A stretch of 52,399 nucleotides of DNA. Source: an uncultured Gammaproteobacteria bacterium (GTDB lineage Bacteria > Pseudomonadota > Gammaproteobacteria > Ga0077554 > Ga007554). The notes beneath the pieces are model-generated. The model was not told the origin of the DNA. It did no database searches and was given only the letters and a program-made list of their open reading frames with translations. Location of the stretch: assembly GCA_947085925.1 (NCBI GenBank), contig CAMTYI010000043.1, forward strand, positions 1 through 52,399, in the 5' to 3' direction. Below are positions 47,581-52,399 of the stretch, one piece after another; position 1 is the first letter of the stretch; every line of letters starts with the position of its first letter. A program made the position numbers and the translations under genes.

Positions 47581-48102
47581 ATGTCCAGCCCGCTGCCCGA
47601 ATATATAGATCCTTTGCGTCTTGCCGATGCCCGTGCGGTATTGCAGGGGCAGGTGGCTGTGTCAGGCATGGCGCGGCTTGCGCCTTCATTGCGTTCGACG
47701 CAAGGTGTGGTCGATTTCGATCTGGCGTTTAGCGTGGATATGGAAGGGATTCGTTGCATCCACGGCTCCCTGAGCACGCAATTGGATGTTATTTGCCAGC
47801 GTTGTATGCAGCCAATGGATCTGCCGCTGGAAGCGCAGGTGGCGCTGGGTGTGGTGGTGTCGATGCAGGAAGCCGAGCGTTTGCCAAGCGCTTATGAGCC
47901 GTTGGTTGTGGGTGCGGAGCCGGTTTCCCTAAAAGAAATGATTGAAGACGAGCTGCTGTTGGTCTTGCCGGTGGCACCAATACACACTGAACAGCAGTGC
48001 CCGGCTTGGCGAGAACGTATTCTCGAAGAAGGGCAAGAGGAATCGACCCAGGAAGACAAGAAAAACCCGTTTGCAGTGCTGGCCCAGTTGAAGAAGACGT
48101 AA
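47581..48102 (+). CDS. yceD: YceD (DUF177) family protein
   Basis: 173 aa. LPEYIDPLRLA N-terminus and CQRC Cys pair. Directly upstream of rpmF. Confidence 0.85.
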   Translation: MSSPLPEYIDPLRLADARAVLQGQVAVSGMARLAPSLRSTQGVVDFDLAFSVDMEGIRCIHGSLSTQLDVICQRCMQPMDLPLEAQVALGVVVSMQEAERLPSAYEPLVVGAEPVSLKEMIEDELLLVLPVAPIHTEQQCPAWRERILEEGQEESTQEDKKNPFAVLAQLKKT

Positions 48103-48169
48103 AGGCGATCTAGTCGATTGCCCGATTGATGATTTATAAACGCTTTAATCTATAGCAGGAGTATGAAAA

Positions 48170-48349
48170 ATGGCCGTACAGCAGAATCGTAAAACCCCCT
48201 CCAAGCGTGGCATGCGCAGATCCCATGACGCGCTTACCTCGGCCACATTGTCGGTTGAGCCTACCACGGGTGAAACCCATTTGCGCCATCACATCAGCCC
48301 GGATGGTTATTATCGCGGCCGCAAGATTCTCAACACCAAGGGCGAGTAA
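48170..48349 (+). CDS. rpmF: 50S ribosomal protein L32
   Basis: My own translation: [59 protein letters not shown] (59 aa). AGGAG RBS. Absent from the ORF track because it is under 60 aa. Confidence 0.9.
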   Translation: MAVQQNRKTPSKRGMRRSHDALTSATLSVEPTTGETHLRHHISPDGYYRGRKILNTKGE

Positions 48350-48352
48350 GAC

Positions 48353-49375
48353 TTGGGTCTTACTCTCGCGCTGGATGCCATGGGGGGCGATCATGGCCCC
48401 CATGTGGTTGTACCCGCCGCCCTGAGTGTGCTTGCCGAACAGCCTGATCTCACGCTGATCCTGGTGGGCGATCAGGATATCCTTGCCAAGGAGCTGCTGG
48501 TACATCGCGCGCAAACCAGTGACAGGTTGCAGATCCAGCACGCCTCTCAATGTGTTGAAATGCATGAGCCGCCTTCCCAGGCATTGCGTGGGAAGAAAGA
48601 TTCATCGATGCGTGTTGCCATTGATCTGGTCAAGGCTGGCCGCGCCCAGGCCTGTGTCAGCGCGGGCAATACGGGCGCCTTGATGGCCACTGCCCGTTAT
48701 GTGCTGAAAACCTTGCCTGGCATCGACCGGCCCGCCATCATCTCCGCCTTGCCGACCATGACGGGGCACACCCATATGCTCGATCTGGGCGCGAATGTGG
48801 ATTCGACCGCCGAGCATTTATTCCAGTTCGCCGTGATGGGGTCGGTGTTGACCAGCGCGGTCGATAATATCGAGCGCCCGCGGGTCGGCCTTCTCAATAT
48901 CGGCGAGGAAGAGATCAAGGGCAACGAGATAGTCAAGGAAGCCGCGCGCATGCTCGCCGCCAGCGATATCCATTATGTGGGTTTCGTCGAGGGCGATGAC
49001 ATTTATAAAGGCAGCGTCGATGTCGTGGTGTGTGATGGTTTTATTGGTAATGTCGCGCTGAAAACCAGCGAAGGCGTGGCGAAAATGATCAGCCACTACA
49101 TGAAGCAGGAATTCAAGCGTTCTCTCTTTACCCGATCGGTGGCATTGGTGGCGATGCCGGTATTGAAGGCGTTTCGCGCCAAAATTGATCCTCGCCAGTA
49201 TAACGGCGCGAGTTTGGTGGGATTGCAAGGGATCGTCATTAAAAGCCATGGTTGCGCAGATGTATTTTCGTTCGCCAACGCCATCAAGGAGGCGGTGACC
49301 GAAGTCAAAAAGGACGTGCCGCAACGCATCAGAAAGCAACTGGAATCCTTCCTGACAGAGAGGCGTGCAAGTTGA
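48353..49375 (+). CDS. plsX: phosphate acyltransferase PlsX
   Basis: 340 aa, TTG start. [13 protein letters not shown]-terminal motif. Confidence 0.9.
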   Translation: MGLTLALDAMGGDHGPHVVVPAALSVLAEQPDLTLILVGDQDILAKELLVHRAQTSDRLQIQHASQCVEMHEPPSQALRGKKDSSMRVAIDLVKAGRAQACVSAGNTGALMATARYVLKTLPGIDRPAIISALPTMTGHTHMLDLGANVDSTAEHLFQFAVMGSVLTSAVDNIERPRVGLLNIGEEEIKGNEIVKEAARMLAASDIHYVGFVEGDDIYKGSVDVVVCDGFIGNVALKTSEGVAKMISHYMKQEFKRSLFTRSVALVAMPVLKAFRAKIDPRQYNGASLVGLQGIVIKSHGCADVFSFANAIKEAVTEVKKDVPQRIRKQLESFLTERRAS

Positions 49376-50340
49376 AATATTCGCGCATCATCGGCACCGG
49401 CGGTTACTTGCCTGAAAAGGTATTGACCAACGCCGACATTGAAAAGATCGTCGATACCACGGATCAGTGGATCGTGGAGCGCACCGGCATCCACGAGCGC
49501 CACATCGCGGCTCCCGGTGAAACCACGTGCGATATGAGTGAAGTTGCTGCGCGGCGCGCTATTGAGGCGGCGGGCATCCAGGCCTCCGATATTGATCTCA
49601 TTGTGGTGGCAACCACTACCCCGGATCGGATATTTCCCAGCACTGCCTGCCTGCTCCAGCGACGTCTGGATATCCACGGCCCGGCGGCTTTTGATCTTCA
49701 AGCCGCTTGTACCGGCTTCATCTATGCCTTGGGTGTTGCGGACAAGTTTATCCGTTCCGGCAGCGCGCGCAATGTGTTGGTGGTGGGCGCGGAGACCATG
49801 TCGCGCGTCGTTGACTGGACGGACCGTGGCACCTGCGTGCTGTTCGGCGATGGCGCTGGCGCGGTGGTGCTTGGTGCCAGCGATGAGCCGGGTATCCTGT
49901 CGACACATTTACATTCCGATGGCATCTACGAAAACCTGCTGACCATCCCCTACGGCATATCGCAAGGTTTTGAAAACATTCAACAGGGCAGTCAGTACGT
50001 TAGGATGCAAGGTAACGAGGTTTTCAAGGTCGCCGTGAATACCCTGGGGCGTATTGTGGATGAGACGTTGGCGGCTAATCAGCTCGAAAAGTCCGACGTG
50101 GATTGGCTGGTGCCGCACCAAGCGAATATTCGTATTATCGAAGCCACCGCTAAAAAGCTGAAAATGCCTATGGAACGAGTGGTTGTCACCGTGGGCGAGC
50201 ACGGCAACACCTCGGCGGCCTCGGTGCCACTCGCGCTTGATGTCGCAGTGCGGGATGGCCGTATCCAACGTGGTGATACGCTATTGCTGGAGGCCTTTGG
50301 CGCAGGTTTCACCTGGGGCTCGGCATTGATTAAATATTAA
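49372..50340 (+). CDS. fabH: 3-oxoacyl-ACP synthase III
   Basis: I chose the TTG start at 49372, overlapping the plsX stop (TTGA). [25 protein letters not shown] aligns with the canonical FabH N-terminus. Cys in LQAACTGF. Confidence 0.9.
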   Translation: MKYSRIIGTGGYLPEKVLTNADIEKIVDTTDQWIVERTGIHERHIAAPGETTCDMSEVAARRAIEAAGIQASDIDLIVVATTTPDRIFPSTACLLQRRLDIHGPAAFDLQAACTGFIYALGVADKFIRSGSARNVLVVGAETMSRVVDWTDRGTCVLFGDGAGAVVLGASDEPGILSTHLHSDGIYENLLTIPYGISQGFENIQQGSQYVRMQGNEVFKVAVNTLGRIVDETLAANQLEKSDVDWLVPHQANIRIIEATAKKLKMPMERVVVTVGEHGNTSAASVPLALDVAVRDGRIQRGDTLLLEAFGAGFTWGSALIKY

Positions 50341-50357
50341 CCTGAAAAACTCGGTTA

Positions 50358-50456
50358 TTCACGAAAAACACGAAAATATTCAGGTGCATATCGCCCCTAT
50401 CCAGTGAATTGCTAAAGCAATCCATGGTTTTCGTGAGTTTCGTGTTTTTCGTGGAC
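50358..50456 (-). mobile_element. MITE-like repeat family 1 (CACGAAA-heptad element), copy B; core inverted relative to copy A
   Basis: CACGAAA at 50360 and 50369; TTTCGTG at 50429, 50438 and 50447 (9-nt phasing), ending TTTCGTGGAC. The internal segment is the reverse complement of copy A's internal segment. Confidence 0.7.
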
Positions 50457-50509
50457 AAGATATCTCGTAGTGTTTTGTCGAAAATATCAATCTGTTACAG
50501 GGTTCGTCG

Positions 50510-51544
50510 ATGTCGCTTGCTTTTGTCTTTCCCGGTCAAGGTTCGCAATCTGTGGGCATGCTCTCGGAGTTGGCGGTTGCCTATCCCGAGGTGCGCCAGA
50601 CCTTTGGCCAAGCCTCGGAAGTCCTGGGTTATGATCTGTGGGATATGGTCCAGTCTGGCCCGGAAACCGAGTTGAATCAGACTCATAAAACCCAACCCGC
50701 CATGCTTGCCGCAGGGGTTGCCGTATGGCGTGTCTGGCAGGCCCGGCAGGGCGCCATGCCTATGATGATGGCGGGGCATAGTCTGGGCGAGTACACGGCG
50801 CTGGTGTGCGCCGGTGCGCTGGATTTTAACGACGCCGTGCGCCTCGTTGCGGAGCGTGGGCGCTACATGCAGGAGGCCGTGCCGACGGGCGAGGGCGCGA
50901 TGGCGGCGATTCTCGGCCTTGAGGATGCGCAGGTGATCCAGGTGTGCGCGGATGCGGCGGTCGCTCCCGGCATCGTGCCTCCCGCGACACTAGCGCATCC
51001 CTGCGCGTCGGTCCCTCCCGGCGCGTCATTGGTTGAAGTGGTGGCGGCGGTGAATTTCAATTCCCCCGGTCAGGTAGTGGTGGCAGGGTCGGCGGCGGCG
51101 GTGGCGCGTGCTGTTGATCTGGCCAAGCAGGCGGGTGCCAAGCGCGCGCTTCTGCTGCCGGTGAGCGTACCATCGCATTGCCTGTTGATGAAGCCCGCCG
51201 CCGAGCGCCTTGCCGCGCTGCTGCAAACGGTTGTATTGAAGACACCCGAAGTACCCGTCATTAACAATGCCGATGTGGCTGTTTGTGTCGAGGCGGATAA
51301 AATCCGCGATGCGTTGGTCAGGCAGTTATACAATCCGGTGCGCTGGGTGGAAACTATTCGCGCCATGGCAGACGTTGGGGTGACAAATTTGGTAGAATGT
51401 GGTCCCGGCAAAGTACTCGTCGGGCTTAACAAACGCATTGAACGTGACATGACGGCGCTGCCGGTGTTCGATCCGGTTACGCTGGATGAGGCGCTTCAGG
51501 TTTGCTCGTTGCGCCCGCAAGTTGTCTTAGTGGATGGGGTTTAA
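50510..51544 (+). CDS. fabD: malonyl-CoA:ACP transacylase, with an extra loop of about 24 aa
   Basis: 344 aa. FVFPGQGSQ and GHSLGEY active-site motifs. It carries VAPGIVPPATLAHPCASVPPGASL, which is absent from E. coli FabD as I recall that sequence. Confidence 0.9.
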   Translation: MSLAFVFPGQGSQSVGMLSELAVAYPEVRQTFGQASEVLGYDLWDMVQSGPETELNQTHKTQPAMLAAGVAVWRVWQARQGAMPMMMAGHSLGEYTALVCAGALDFNDAVRLVAERGRYMQEAVPTGEGAMAAILGLEDAQVIQVCADAAVAPGIVPPATLAHPCASVPPGASLVEVVAAVNFNSPGQVVVAGSAAAVARAVDLAKQAGAKRALLLPVSVPSHCLLMKPAAERLAALLQTVVLKTPEVPVINNADVAVCVEADKIRDALVRQLYNPVRWVETIRAMADVGVTNLVECGPGKVLVGLNKRIERDMTALPVFDPVTLDEALQVCSLRPQVVLVDGV

Positions 51545-52288
51545 ATGTCTTTGAATAACGAAATAGCTCTCGTGACCGGCGCAAGCCGCGGAATTGGGCG
51601 CGCGATAGCGCTGGAGCTGGGGCGCCAGGGTGCCGTGGTGATAGGCACAGCAACTTCGCTTGATGCCGCAGAAAAAATTTCAAAATATCTGGCGGATAGT
51701 GAGCTAAAGGGTGTTGGGTTGGTGCTGGATGTCACCAATCAGGTGTCTATTGACGCCGCGCTGGAAAAGATCGAGCAGGATTTCGGTGCGCCGGGGATAT
51801 TGGTCAACAACGCGGGTGTCACGCGCGATAACTTGCTGATTCGCATGAAGGACGATGAGTGGGATAGCATCATTAACACCAATCTCACGTCTGTTTACCG
51901 CCTTTCCAAGGCCTGTTTGCGGGCCATGATGAAGGCACGCAAGGGGCGCATCATCAGCATTGCGTCAGTGGTGGGGTGTACTGGCAATGCTGGTCAGACC
52001 AACTATGCCGCTGCCAAGGCGGGGATCATTGGCTTTAGCAAGGCACTGGCACGTGAGGCGGCGGCGCGCAACATCACCGTCAACGTCGTAGCCCCCGGCT
52101 TTATCGATACCGATATGACGCGCGCCTTACCGGAGGATCAGAAAATGGCATTATTGCAGCAAATTCCGCTGACTCGTTTGGGCCGTGTCGAGGATATTGC
52201 GGCGGCGGTGGCCTTTCTGGCATCGCCCTCCGCTTCGTACATTACCGGCGAGACATTGCATGTGAATGGTGGGATGTACATGAATTGA
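51545..52288 (+). CDS. fabG: 3-oxoacyl-ACP reductase
   Basis: 247 aa. TGASRGIG, NNAG and YAAAK SDR motifs. Confidence 0.9.
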   Translation: MSLNNEIALVTGASRGIGRAIALELGRQGAVVIGTATSLDAAEKISKYLADSELKGVGLVLDVTNQVSIDAALEKIEQDFGAPGILVNNAGVTRDNLLIRMKDDEWDSIINTNLTSVYRLSKACLRAMMKARKGRIISIASVVGCTGNAGQTNYAAAKAGIIGFSKALAREAAARNITVNVVAPGFIDTDMTRALPEDQKMALLQQIPLTRLGRVEDIAAAVAFLASPSASYITGETLHVNGGMYMN

Positions 52289-52302
52289 TATGCGATAGCG
52301 CA

Positions 52303-52375
52303 TGGTTTACAACTAAGCCATCGTTCATTGTAATCTGTACATTTGGAATGGCGGAAACGGCATAAGGGGCCGTAA
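52303..52375 (-). repeat. intergenic repeat family 2, copy 2 (inverted core)
   Basis: 52321-52351 is the exact reverse complement of 25980-26010, and the flanks are similar. It lies just after the fabG stop. Confidence 0.7.
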
Positions 52376-52399
52376 TCACCGTAAGGCATTGCGCCCTCA

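Noticed and set aside
50954-51051. An 8-nt direct repeat GCGGCGGT flanking exactly 90 nt in fabD, considered as a target-site duplication of an inserted element.
   Set aside because: Removing the 90 nt would also delete conserved FabD residues (VEVVAAV preceding NFNSPGQ). The repeat is plain Ala/Gly codon sequence, so it is probably coincidental. Only the 72-nt loop insertion is retained as a finding.
52138-52389. An 83-aa minus-strand ORF at the window end.
   Set aside because: It overlaps the fabG 3' end and the repeat element, and has no RBS or motif.

Overview
A 52.4-kb chromosomal segment from a moderately GC-rich Gram-negative proteobacterium. The gene order (truA-trpF-trpB-trpA-accD, yffB-dapE, maf, yceD-rpmF-plsX-fabH-fabD-fabG) points to Beta/Gammaproteobacteria. 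I cannot name the taxon from sequence alone. About 45 genes are ordinary housekeeping or envelope genes and look intact: an RND efflux pair, the trp genes, accD, an ABC-F ATPase, an L,D-transpeptidase with an MepK-like peptidase, dapE, nhaA, hemH, pyrD, a UvrD/PD-(D/E)xK helicase-nuclease, hrpB, mtgA, maf, a two-subunit pyruvate carboxylase and the fab cluster. rpmF (48170-48349) is missing from the ORF track because it encodes fewer than 60 aa. The most unusual locus is a minus-strand four-gene operon at 42.9-47.5 kb, lying between the pyc genes and yceD. It encodes an LAS-type (M15/M74-like) Zn-peptidase, an overlapping secreted protein of unknown function, a large secreted protein of about 640 aa with Ig/CARDB/FN3 domains, and a PEP-CTERM protein. 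Two, possibly three, of these four genes are frame-broken. Both clear breaks need a -1 shift at a proline codon inside a C-run. The operon promoter region also holds a perfect 24-bp palindrome and two homopolymer tracts. Other non-coding structure includes a strong sigma-54 promoter with a 5' hairpin for a second PEP-CTERM gene, and an orphan terminator-like G-rich structure that may mark an sRNA. There is also a MITE-like element built from CACGAAA heptads at 9-nt phasing (two copies, one inside the fab operon), a second element of about 70 nt with a 31-nt exact core (two copies), and REP-like GTAGGT palindromes. I found no CRISPR array, tRNA, rRNA or recognisable defence system. All family assignments come from motifs read by eye, not from database searches.
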